A stretch of DNA of 47,970 nucleotides, the filler included, from Porpidia crustulata (lineage: Eukaryota): the NCBI GenBank assembly GCA_964255105.1. It is 2 parts of 2 records of this genome, joined end to end, with 100 filler letters (N's around TTAATTAATTAA, not from the genome) between each part and the next. Parts side by side here need not be neighbours in the genome. Positions count along the whole stretch, not along the records: positions 1 to 23,964 come from CAXUWE010000065.1; positions 24,065 to 47,970 come from CAXUWE010000066.1. One strand, 5' to 3'. Position numbers and translations under genes: made by a program. Below, in pieces: positions 12,814 through 24,766 of the stretch. Every line of letters begins with the position of its first letter. The first letter of the stretch is position 1. Under the pieces are notes generated by a model, which worked only from the letters and a program-made list of their open reading frames with translations, searched no databases and had not been told where the DNA came from.

Positions 12814-14516
12814 TCAAGATACACACTCATCGATCGCTTTCTCGCGATCCCAGATGTATCGTCTCCACTTTATGCCTCTGGTCTTCAAGAGTACCATAAC
12901 CATTAGATTCGCCGCTGCGAGGCTACCAAGCACCGTGTACAGCCAACCCGATCCAAGAGCCCACAGCAGTGGCTGTGCAACGCTCCCACCCACGGCTCCA
13001 ACCAGGTTCCTTGCCATAGAGTTAAGCGCAATGAGCGACGCCGTATGACTGGGTACTAATTCCACGAGTACGGTTGTCACGAGCCCCAGGTTGAGACCAC
13101 AGCTAGAGCCTAATAGGACCGCTGACAGCATCTAAACAATTCTAGTCAGCAGATGGCTTTGAGAGGAATTTATCTTAATATATAACGTACTGGCACGATC
13201 CAGATGAGATGAGCATGCAGGACCCAGCCTAAGATCGTGAGTGCCGTAGGCATAATAACGAAAGAGACCCAGGCGTTTTCTTGTATCCGATCTTCCGGAA
13301 CCAGTTGCTGGTCCACGGCATCCGAATTGGCTGCGCGGGCTACAGAACGCTTACGCATGATATCGTCAGACCATTTACCACCGAAGAGGGATGCAGCGAT
13401 AGCGCCGAAGGCGTAAGGAAGAAAAAGGAGACCTACGATGAGACTGTCATAATTGTATGGGATGGCCGAGAAAACAGACTGGACGGTAATTGCAAAGATG
13501 GCAGTTAGGGCATAGGAGAGTGCTGCAAGGTATAGCAGGATAGCGACGAGAGGGTAATGGAGGTAGCCAAATGCTCGTAGTGGGTTTGTAAGTGCTGCAA
13601 TTGCAGCCTTCGTTCCGCTTCGCAATAGCTGATAGGGACTGTCGTGCGGGTGGACTGAAAGGTTTTCTGCGGCAAGGAATTCCCGACTTCCCAAGGGGAT
13701 ATTCTGCTTGGTCTCTGGGAGGAAGATAATGGCGCTTAACAGCATGGAACCCGCAAATGCGGAGAGAAACCACTGTAGCGAGCGCCATCCCCAACGCTGC
13801 ACCAACAGTCCTCCGGTCACTGGTCCGAGGGCGGGACTAGTAAGCGGGCCCAGAAAGTATACACCCATGGCAAACCCCTTTTCTTTCGTCTCCTACATAT
13901 CACCCACCGTTGCTACGCCAGTGATGATGATCCCTGCCGCACCCGCGCTACCCAGGACATGCATCACGATCAGCATCCCAATAGACTTAGCTGATGCTCC
14001 AAGAGTGGTGAAGAGCACAACAAGACTAAGCGCGAGAACAAGGATTGTTTTCCGTCCAGCGTACTGCGAAGCATACGACCAGTACAGAGCAGTACTTGAG
14101 ACACCCACAAAGTCCAGCGATGAACACAAATTAGCGACTGCATTGCTGACTCGGAAGTCTCTTGATACCTCTGGGAGTGCAGCTACCAAACATCATTAGT
14201 ATGTGTGATTATTGAATTTACAGAGGAATTGTTAACGGTAGAAGCTTGTGGAAGCTATCGGGTTGATGCTTGCGCACAATGTAAGTAGACCTGTCAACAG
14301 AAGTTTGCGAAGCCTGCGGTGAGTTTTGGGATCGTCGGTGGATCTGGTGATTGTCAAGAAATTGAAAACCCTGCTAAATGAGGACTTCTGTCGCAAAGTT
14401 GGCTCTTGGACTGGGATCCGTACGCCATCACCACCAACGGCTGTGGAAGCAAGCTCGACTTTCTCGAGGTCCGAAACGGCCTGGTGTACGGTGTCCGGCG
14501 GAGGGGATCCGTCCAT
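12814..14516 (-). pseudogene. MFS DHA1-family drug/metabolite exporter with an in-frame nonsense codon
   Basis: DHA1 motifs (DDPK...K, GRKTIL, G.ATVGD, GFAMGVYFLGPL.SPALGPV.GG, WGWR, FLPET, PEDRI, ALNS.ARN). GDM-TAG-ETKEKG at 13893-13895 sits where Trp (TGG) is expected, and the two ORFs are in frame across the stop. Confidence 0.82.
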
Positions 14517-15280
14517 TGAGGGAGTTCTGCAATCGAAGTATTTACAGATCAAATACTTCCAAATCAGGTTGTACGATCTGGTACTAATATTCGCTGGGTT
14601 ATCTCTACTCCTCGACGCCCACGGAACAGCCAGCTTAGCCCTGTGAGCTACCGTGGTGACGCTGCTGTGGAGTTGAGTAACCTAAATACCTTCTCAATCA
14701 TAGCGCCTCGAGAGTGATCAGTCGCTGGATCCGAAAAGCTCACGTGAACGGGGCACAAGTATCATGACATAAATGCTGCTCGCAAAAACTGATACACACC
14801 CAATGACGATAAGAGAACATTGATGGCTCTCCATGCACTATTCCTGGCCCAATACAAGTGTAGATCGGCTACACAAACGCAAGTTACGATTCACTGCACG
14901 GTGGAGGGAAAACAAGGTCATCTACCTTTCACTTTGTCGAATTCGCTATATTAGACATTGCATTTTGTCTACAAGTATCACGAAGTCCATTAGGTTCAAA
15001 TTGACGATACGTGCGGTCAATATTCATCTTGCCTCCTGAGTACCTGTGTGAAACCGTCGTCACCGTCGAATCGCCATCCAGGACAGCGATCCGCCGCGCT
15101 GGTATTTTACGTCAATCTTCAATTCGATAAGATGAGATGGCAGCCCAAGACTATGGCGAGGCTTATTTTAGACCGCGTGCAGCAGTTTTGAGCGCCGATC
15201 AGACAAATCGTGCTCAGAGCCTCATTCGACTACTATACTGCATTCTGATTTACTATGCAGACTAATTCTGTAGCATGGAG

Positions 15281-17007
15281 TTAAGCATACAGGGCCTCGA
15301 TTTCCTTTTGATACATATTCAAAACGCTTCTGCGAAGAACGATACCCTTCTCGGTCCATACAAATGGTTTGGCTGAATTTCCAATCACGGTCTTATCTCG
15401 TCGAAGCTTTACAATGTCACCTAGATACTTGGCGTTGATCTCACTCTCCATCAATTTCCACACTGTTCTCAGCATCTCCTCGATTTCGCTGCATTTGGCT
15501 TCCTCTGTGAACTGTAAAATCAGAAAGGGTGAAATTCGGCCCTGGCCTCCTATCAAAACCCCTTATAATTCCGGAAGCGCCCTGATCGGAGGCTCGTAAA
15601 GTAAAGGCTGCAGGCCCACGCCAATGCTGAACATTACGATGTCATCTTTACGACCCGGCATACCTAGATTCCATGCTTTCTCGAATCCGGGTGTGGTGCG
15701 AAAATCTGGCTGTGGTGCGAAAAGATTGTGTGAACGCCGCTCCTCTAGCTCGTGAAAAGCGCAGAAGACTGGTTGGACATAGCCCTCCGCCGTAATATGG
15801 CATTGGCCTCGACTGCCTTGCCCTCCCCGCCACCGCCGAATCATCATCTCATACTGATCAGGTACGTGCTGCTCAAACTCAATTCCCTGACCCGTCTGAA
15901 ATTCGTATAGATTCCAATCCGCCGGGTCGTGACAAGCATGGGTGTCTAAGCCGGCACATTCGGTCGTCCCATACAGTGGTGCTAGACGCACGTGAGGCCG
16001 CAGGCATGCGCCGATATCCTGCGCCAGCGGCGCCCCTGTCCAGAGCAGCAGCTCCAAATCTTTCAACGCTGCACGTCCGTCTATATCTTGCGCCATGGTC
16101 TCGATGATGTGTAGAGTGGTCATCATCAAGCCTACACAGGCGTAACGTAGGATTTCAGTTGTCAGTGTGGCGTCGGGCCAACGATGGGGAGAACCGATGA
16201 CCACAGCTGCGCCGCGCCAAACGCTATGTTGTAGGGAGGAGCTAACACCAGGGCCGCTACCGGTTGTGGTGTAGTAGCGGGCGCGGCCGATGAGGGTACT
16301 GGTATTCTCGTCGCCGCGTGGGAGCTGAGATGACGCATCATTATACATCATCATCGCGTTGACCCATATTATCGGCTTTCGTACGCCTGTGGAACCAGAT
16401 GTGTGGAATGTTACTACGGGGTCGTTCCACGCAATTTCCAAGTCCCTAGCATACGGATAAGGTTCTAAAGCTTCGGCTTGGAGCCATTTACTCTGGTCAG
16501 GGACCAGTAGTTCAGCGACTAGGGGACGACTTTCAACTGTTTGCTCAACTACCATCTCGAAGCCCTCTCCGTATAACATGTCATTACACCTGGTCACGTC
16601 AAGAAGATGAGCGCGGCCTTCGACCGACACCAGAGGCGATAGAACAAGCATCTTTGCTCGGTATCAAAACTCTTGTCCACGATCAAGGTCTGCATTAGAC
16701 TTACGGTTCGATGGGTCTTGGTAGCGGCAACAGTCAGAATGGGGAAGCGGAGATCCTTGGAATCCTCGTAAGAAAATGTCGGGAAGCCGCTGCCTTTTCC
16801 CACCTGCCCCAGCTTTTCATCGAGCCAGTACGCGGCGTGGTTGATAGCATTTGCAAATTGACGGTAGTTGATGTCTCGAAAGTCTTGAGACAGATCGTAA
16901 TCATCGCAAGGAATTGAGGCAAAGACTCGAGGGCTCACCGCTTCGGCGAGGGCGTCAATCACGCTGGGAAGAAGGCCTTGGCCACGCTTCACTCGAATTG
17001 AAGCCAT
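15281..17007 (-). pseudogene. Stand-alone adenylate-forming enzyme (NRPS-like A domain / acyl-CoA ligase-like), interrupted by a nonsense codon
   Basis: DI.YRQFANAIN.AA.WL, FHTSGSTG..KPI (A3), YGTTE (A5), GRKDDIV (A8), KPF...KG...RR.....Y..EI.ALYA. One intron at ~16703-16652. In-frame TAA at 15563-15565 (PEL*GVLIGGQGR). No T or R domain follows. Confidence 0.82.
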
Positions 17008-17905
17008 TCTTTAAACGGTAGACAGGACAGAGGTATATGATGGATTTACCGTGATAGATTCTGAATAATGTATCCTGTCAGGTATAGTATTGATGCGCGA
17101 GCTAATAAAGGGGCTATCGCAAGGCCACCATGTTACTCAGAAGCTCGAAATCGGATCTCTCGAACATGAGTAGCGGCGAGAGGAAAGCCGACGACACAGA
17201 GTTCAGTATTCGAGGTGCCGAGTACCTGATTCAGGAAGAAGATACATCAATATGTATTGTATTGATATCAGCGTCATACGTATCCATATATGCAGGTTTG
17301 CATGGAAGCTTCTTCCTATAGGCTTCATCAACCGATAACGTCTCCTCCTCATCAACCGTGTGCAATCGCACCAGACTATCTCTCTCTCGCTGTGCCTTTG
17401 GCCTCCATACATCTTTATTGCGGACTTGAATTAGCGGCCAAGTCGCGCATCGCTCCGCATCCAATTGAGAAAGTCCAAGACGGAGCGATAGAGATAAGAG
17501 AACACAAGCTCGGTTACCTACCTACTTATATGTGCAATGAAATCATGTGATGCACACCCCAAGTAACAATCCCAACTTCTTCTGCAGCGATGAAAGCTTT
17601 CGATGGCTCTGAATTTTGGGATATCATATGCGGTTTGATCGGCCCTGGCTACGCTCAATATCGATGGCCGGTAATGATCGACTGGAGTTGTTCGCTTTCG
17701 AAGCAGAGAACATTGGTGTTGCACGGTGTGAAACGGTACACGCTGCTGTAGAAATCTCTATATTGTCGTCAGGAGTAATGGCGATCTGCCACTTTCCACG
17801 TTCTCTTTATACGGGTGCTAGGTCCACAATCGTTTCTGTTCCAGCGTTCAAGCGAGTCCGGTCTCCCTATTCTCCACCGCGAATTGTCTTTCATTCAGGA
17901 TCTGA

Positions 17906-19160
17906 ACATCACTGACCGCACCATCTGTCCTCGTTACGTTTACTCCTCTCGGGATTGCGCTGGTGGTGGTGAGCGTCTTATTCCCTATCATAGCAACTTT
18001 CGCAGTCGGACTGCGCCTGCGTTCCCGAGCCATCATGAAAGTGCCAATGGCCGTTGATGACTGGACTATCATCCTCAGCCTTATCTTTGCGTACATGGAC
18101 AATTTCGTTATTGCGTACGGTGTGTAAAACTCGGGCTATGGATTTTTTCAGTGTGAGATCAAGAGCGAGACGAAGATTAAGTTTGGCAAAGTATGCGCGA
18201 CATGATCCTTTTGACCTCGAATCAAGCAATGTACTAAGAAAACTGCGGATCGTAGGCACTCTTTACGGAGACATTATGCTGGCAGCTTGCGATCGCAACC
18301 ATTAAGATCTCTCTTCTCCTTCTCTACACGCGCATCCTCGTCACTCAACGGTTCCGGCTGGCCGTGCACAATCCTTATCGCCGTCACGCTGGCTTGGTTG
18401 GTCGGGAATGTATTTGTGAGCGAAGACAGTCCTCCTTCGACTGTGCCAACTAATAAACAGTCAAGTCTACCATCTTTGCTTTGACAACCGTCTCGGCGGA
18501 GTGGACACGGGAAGGCCATACCAATATCAACTATCCAGGCTTTTTGGTCAGCACGGGCGTCATCACTATCATTCTGGATCTGGTTACGCTATCGTATCCG
18601 CTGTTTGTGATACTCACACTCAACATGACTCGAAGGAAGAACATTGTGATATCGGGCATCTTCCTTTCAGGATTACTATAAACTGTATCCTCATTACGCA
18701 GTCCATCAGTCCACTCACGCTTCAACACATAGTTGCGTTCTCGCCAGTATCGTCCGCTTGCCATATCGCATCATATACCTACAAGCCGCCGGCTCCCTCG
18801 GTGGCGGCGAGAAGGACGCCTTCCGCTCAATCTCGTTCATAAGATCCTCCTATGGGGACTGATTGAAGTGGATATCGAAATCGCGGCAGCATGCCTGCCA
18901 AACTACGCCCCCTTGCTTCAAGACCGCAATCTACAATCGGTTGTACGTAGCGCGTGCTCAGCCATCATCTTCCACAGCGGTGACTCCGGCAACCGATCGA
19001 GACGTGACGATGGGGAAAGCGCCGCGGCGAAGCGGTCGTGGCTGGCCATGTAGGACAGCAACCGAAACGACACATTGGTCCATCACACCAGTATCGCGGG
19101 CGCGTCAACGGACGGGGTGGAACTCGGGATCCGGGTCGACCTGAAATTCGGCGTCTTGAG
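17906..19160 (+). pseudogene. PTH11-like / fungal rhodopsin-domain integral membrane protein, degenerate
   Basis: AVGLRL.SR......DDW, IKISLLLLYTRI, ILDL..L.YP...I..L.M...K...SGIF, W..IE.....AACLP...PL. Lesions: no ATG at the expected start, TAA at 18125-18127, frameshift near 18364, intron donor reading AT instead of GT at 18678, and TAG at 19051-19053. Confidence 0.8.
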
Positions 19161-21178
19161 AGGAGCTCGTGCGGATCGTCTGTTTATATGTAATCATAAT
19201 TATTCGCATAGTAGAGTTGAGAATTGTGGTAGATTACCGCCTTCTCCGTATATAAAACGAGGATGGGATTTCTCACGGGCAAGACGTGACGGGCCGCTCG
19301 GGCCAACAGAAAGCCATATCACGTGGCAGCACTAGTGAATGCTTTTACTTGATCTGCTTAGGTAGGTATCAAGCATCCTCGAGCTATACTTGCAATGTTG
19401 ATTTTTGCATGCTCACAGTCCAAAGCCTCGTCGAAAATACTGATAAGTGGTACAAGCGAAATCTCAATCTTGTGACTGTTGTTTGTGGTCGAGCTTGTCG
19501 GACTTGGATGCCGAAAATCTGGATTGAAACTCATGTCGACTCGAGCCGACAGAGCGTACCAGCGTTTCTTCGTGGCCTTTGAATTTTAGGTTCCATGTTA
19601 TCAGAAATGGAACATTTGGCGTTCGCATTTTTCTCGTGCGGACGTGCGCGAAGGACTGTTGCAGTCACTGTGTCCCTGGCAATAATGCGGTATGACTAGG
19701 AGCTGCATATGGAACCTTGGGCGAAGCTTCTGGAATACTATTGGGGCTAAGTTTCTACGCCGTGAATAGATATCTCCCGGTTTGTGCAGAGTCATTGCAT
19801 TCGGCTGACTTTGCCTCAATTTGACTGGATCTCGTCGAGCGTCAGAACTTCCAAAGAAGTTTGTCCCTCGTGTTTCATCTTTCCGATACCGTTACACTTG
19901 AAAATAGGCATATCGGCATCTACTCGTGGAAGCAGGGACGTCTTAGCAAAATTCTGTTGTTTTAGATACTCATCATCGGAAAGGGTCGACGGAAAACGCC
20001 GTGAAGAGAGGCACAGCGAATGTTGAAGTACTAGTAATTGGTCCCGCTGAGCTGCGAGCGTTCTTGGGAACGTGAAACATAACAAATTCTAGCGTCGTGT
20101 ATCAGGAAAATGCGACTATTAGGTATCATGGCTTCGATCTATAAATATACACTACGAAATGCTCAACTCGCGGCTACTTACCGCAGGCTTAGAGGCCCTA
20201 CAGCTGTCATGTTACCACTATCCCGATTGACCGTCACTAAAAACGAGTCTGTCGTTATGATGTCGCTGTATCAGTAGCTCAAGTCGCTCGAACTCAGTAC
20301 GACTACGCTAATTTGTGTAGCCCTGCGCTCTATCAGGTGTTGAACCTCATGGACTTACTAAAACTTCCCAATGCATGCCCCATCGGCTGTGCAGACCCAG
20401 AGCCCAACATGATGGCTAGAAGCTCGGATTGAGAACTTTGCCGTTATGGCTTATCGACTACATGATAGGAAGACTCGAATGAGTGCATCCATTCGAGGAA
20501 CGCTTCCCGGAAATGATTTTTTAGGGAGCGATCTCTCCCTCTTGCTCCTTTTGGGTGGAGTTATTAGAGATATCACCGCACTTTAGGTCTGACATAGTAT
20601 CTCTCCTACAGCTTCAGCGCACTTATCGCCAGAGAAACTTACAAGAGGGTGTGGTTAGAAGTGCTGACAGCCGTGCGAATGCATTCTGGGCTTGGCCCAA
20701 GGGCAACTGGAGTCAAAAGGTTTTGTATGCAGGCAGCCGACAAGATTCTCCGGAAAGCTTTGAATCCGTGTGATGGTCCGTGGGGCTATGTCTGGTCGAT
20801 TTACTGCAAAAGAAAGGTAATTGCCCTTGCTAGCTACGACTGGAGAAGTATTCATGATGTCCTTTCACATACTCCAATCAATAGACTCAAGGCATGATAC
20901 AGATGCTAACCTGCTTATCCAGCGTAGTTCTTCAAGCCCACCGGATAGGTGTGATTGGGGGCTATGTTTAATGTTTGAGCTATGTCATTCGAAAGTTGCA
21001 ATGATGCCGGACTCCGGAGGACACCATCAACATTGCACGAAAGAATACTTCCACCCACTTTGGTCACAACCATGACTACATAAGGACTCAAATTACTGCT
21101 CTTGCATTGAGAAAGTTACTTGCAGATATACACAACATAGACTCGAGTACAGCACCATTCAATATTCATAGTCTAGTC

Positions 21179-23203
21179 ATGTCCGTAGACATTATACTCA
21201 ATACAGCAACTGCTCCACCCACCCTCTTTTCTTTCACGGACGCTCTGGTTTCGGCAGCAGAGTATGCTCAATTTGCTTCGAATAATGATTCTTTCGAACA
21301 TCCTCCGGCACTCTACAGGCAAGGCTGCATCACTGATGAGAATCAATGGAATTGTACCGAAGCGTGTAAGAACGTCAGCCAAATCTTTTCATCGACGTAT
21401 ACTCTACAGAATTGCATGGCGTTTCCTCGAATATCCTCATTACTAGCTGACGGTTCCCTTACACGGGCAGCTCACACCACTGCTCTCGAAGCTGGTATAG
21501 ACGTATCGAGTTATAATGCATCAACCACGGTTCACGACTCCATAAGCAAGTGCCTTCAAGGATGGTGCCATAAAATCCCTGATTGCACCGGGATCGAAGA
21601 GGGGTATCAATGGTGTTATGATGATGCATATGGGAAAAGGTGGTGTTTTTCAGACCCCTGTAGCCAAACCAACACTCTCGTGAATCCAGATATAGGAGGT
21701 ATAGGGGTAATATCTGAGACACCCTTATTGTAGTTGATGGGCTTACTGACTCTTATCAGGTTTATATATCGTACTGGATGCAAAGCGGAATTGCACTTGC
21801 AATTCAAATCTTGTTCAGAGTGTATACTTCGTGGACGTACTATATTGTTCTAGCTCTATTATGGCCGTTAGGACGCAGGCGAGCTCTGGAAATGGCTCAA
21901 GAATGCCAAGAAAACGCTCGAAAGCATCTACCGGCTCTTATAACAGCGTCTGTTGAGTTTCAAAGAGCTCAATGCTTCTTCATCTTGGCCATGCAGATTG
22001 CGGCACAAATTTTCCTTTCAGCTGGAAACTTAGGCGCAGGTATGTGAAACCATGAAATTCTAGCTTCACGCGGAATTTACTAACGAAGACGCCTCGGTAA
22101 GCCAACATCGGGGAGTATCAGCTTAACAGTTCGTTCCTTGGAGCCGCGTCTCTTGGCGGTATTCTACCTATTGTCTACACCCTAGCTTTCCTACAGATTG
22201 CGGGTCATAGGACTTTATATCCCTTTATCTTGTCATCCTTGACCGTTGCAGTGTCTATAGCCACGATTGTCAGGACCTCCCTTACCACTCCTAATACCAA
22301 AGAACTTCTCCGGAAGCCGTCTTCAATTCCCGACTGTGGAATCAGAGATCCTACCACGTTCTGTGCTAACAATACCTCGTGGAACTTTTCCATCTTCAAT
22401 ATGAATCTAGTTTCTCCTGAAGGAGCCGGTGCTACGCTTGTGATTGCCTCGACGATACTCGGCTTCCTGTTCGTGGACCAGATTAGACTTCATCGTATGC
22501 CAGCAATACAGAGATTCCTGACCAACCACCTTCGCTCAATCACTCAACAGGGCTATGCCGGCTTGAGCGCCCGAAATCATTTCTTCAAAAGGATCTTTCA
22601 CTCGTCACTTTTTTTGACATATATCACATTCTGGGGCCTTTATATATTGCTATTTGCAAAATATTTCTTTCTTCTGCAGAGGCTTCATCCCACACCTTCA
22701 TGGACCTTTGGACAGATTGTTGCGATCACGGTATGGGCTCCTGCTCTTTTCGAGTATGGTAATCTTGAAATTCGTGAGTTCTGCTCTTGCTCAAACCTTT
22801 TCTCCGCTTCTAGTTAACTGACCTTCGTGTTCTAGGGGGCATGGAGTCCGGCTCTGCATATCGTTTTGCATGGCCTTATATTCTCGTCGACGTCAGAGGG
22901 AAGAAAAAAAACAGGCACGAAAAGAAGGCGAAAAGAGTCGATGGCTTACCTTTTTCAATACCGACCATCAGACATGATTCCGAAGGAGGATCATCAGTGG
23001 CCTCGAAAACCTCCGACTCCCTTCTTCATGAGCCCACTGAGGCGACAGAACACACCAGCGAAGCCGCAACCGCGAGCACAACCCTCCTGATACCTCTAGC
23101 TCAGGACCCACACCGACCCAAGATCGTAGACGAAGAGGCGAACCAGAAGGGAGACGGCAGTGAACCGAAAAAGGTTAATATATCGGCGACGATGTCATCA
23201 TGA
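21179..23203 (+). CDS. Uncharacterised fungal multi-pass membrane protein with Cys-rich N-terminal ectodomain; 4 exons
   Basis: Spliced ORF: Cys-rich N-terminus (NCT.AC, TLQNC), NPDIGGIG|VYISYW.Q, VEFQRAQCFF..AMQIAA, WTFGQIVAITVWAP.LFEY. These motifs recur in an unnamed Pezizomycotina family. The introns have GT/AG ends and keep the frame. Confidence 0.78.
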
Positions 23204-23964
23204 GCTTCCTGCAAGACCCGCTCACAACCATGCTTTATCGACCGTGGCATAAAAGATGAATCTCAACTTCATGGACCCGATGATCCGATTTTTTATTATC
23301 CCAAGCAATCAAATCTTGGCAGCGAGGCGTTGTTGGGTGGGAGTTCAAAGGGGCAAGCTGTGGTAATACTGACTGAGTACGAACGTGATGATGAAGGAGA
23401 CGTGTAGTTGTAATGGGAGGACGACGAGACCCAGCGGTATCATGATGATCAACCTTAATACCCCCCCCAACCTACATAATGTTTTGAAGCGCTTAACCGT
23501 GCAAGGATCTATATAAAATAATACTCTTTATATACAAATCCGTACAGTTCAAACAATACCGCCCACATCAAAAATGCATGAAATCACAGCCACACCAATC
23601 GATCTCAAACGGCACTCTCACGCTTTTCGGTCAAAGGACCTTCACAACCCGGTGAATTCCTTGGCGAATTTCATTTTCCCCAAATTACAAATATCCCCTC
23701 CCACTACCAAACCCATCATTTCTTTCCTTTCCTCCTCCCTCCCCTTCCCTCGATAACAAATACCTCGAGATGTCCGAGAAGCGCCCCCGCACCATGGGAA
23801 AAGACCTTAGTAGAATTGAAGGGGAAGAGAAGGAAAAAAGGAAAGAAAAGAGAGAATGAAAGAAATGAAGGAAAAAGAAAAGAGGAGGAGAAGAGGATGA
23901 AAGAAAATGAAAGATTCGCTTGAGGATTTTTGAATTAGAGGTTTGTTGAGGCTTTGAATGAGGG

Positions 23965-24064
23965 NNNNNNNNNNNNNNNNNNNNNNNNNNNNNNNNNNNN
24001 NNNNNNNNTTAATTAATTAANNNNNNNNNNNNNNNNNNNNNNNNNNNNNNNNNNNNNNNNNNNN
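23965..24064. other. Assembly gap with artificial six-frame-stop linker
   Basis: 44 N + TTAATTAATTAA (24009-24020) + 44 N = exactly 100 nt. A purine-only low-complexity tract (~23815-23915) precedes it. Confidence 0.95.
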
Positions 24065-24090
24065 ATCCCCGCTAACCCCCAACCCCCTAG

Positions 24091-24523
24091 GTAACCTCCC
24101 TTGAAGCCGCACGCATAATCAGATTCCTCGTGAGCCGCGAGCTATCCGAGACCAAACGGATGCGGGTATTCGGCGGGGCGTACGCGGTGCAGTGGTTTGA
24201 TTATCCGAGGAGTTTGCGGTGTCAGACTGTATGTCCTTTGATTTACTTCCTGTTTTCTACCTCCTTGATTTCCTATTCCTTGGTGTACTATATTGGTGTC
24301 GGTTTAAATGTTTTCGGGGGTTGATGGGGGATGCTTGCCAATCTACTGAGAGGTTTTACGAGGAGGATGTGATGAACTGACTGTGGGGATTTAGGATACG
24401 GGCGGAGACGGATTTGTGGTGTGGGGCGCGGACGAGTATATTTTCGTGGGGTTTTATGGGGTCGATGTGCATGAGGATGATGCGTATGGGGCTATTGAGG
24501 TTGGGGCGGAGTCGTTGAACTAA
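24091..24523 (+). CDS. Divergent profilin-like protein, last two exons (5' end lost in the gap)
   Basis: Branch point GCTAAC + CTAG acceptor (24090); exon 24091-24228 VTSLEAARIIRFLVSRELSETKRMRVFGGAYAVQWFDYPRSLRCQT; GTATGT...CTGAC...TTAG intron; exon 24395-24523 DTGGDGFVVWGADEYIFVGFYGVDVHEDDAYGAIEVGAESLN*. Hydrophobic/Gly pattern and length match the C-terminal two-thirds of profilin. Confidence 0.6.
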
Positions 24524-24766
24524 ATTGACTGCTACGGTGAGGGTTACATCTCGCCATTGAGAGCCTTTCAACTCTGCTTTCACCTGTCATAGCTTGATAT
24601 CGGTTGGCTGTAAAATTGGATTCAAGGTAGTCTCATAATATTCAGGGTATCGAGTTCTAATATACAAATCGAGTGCCTTCACTTCTCGCAAATTCCCATA
24701 TAGCATGTTGCAGGTCACCAATGACCACCGAGATGAGCAATTCCGGTAAGTACCAATTGCCAGTAG

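Noticed and set aside
19300..21100. Scattered 60-100-aa ORFs
   Set aside because: No domain signature; consistent with intergenic or very decayed sequence.
23720..23915. Pyrimidine tract followed by a long purine tract and a short K/E-rich ORF
   Set aside because: Low-complexity sequence at a contig end. It could be the promoter or first intron of the profilin-like gene, but it cannot be linked across the gap.
24009..24020. TTAATTAATTAA palindrome inside the N run
   Set aside because: Artificial six-frame-stop scaffolding linker, centred in an exact 100-nt gap. Adjacency of the two halves of the window is therefore unproven.
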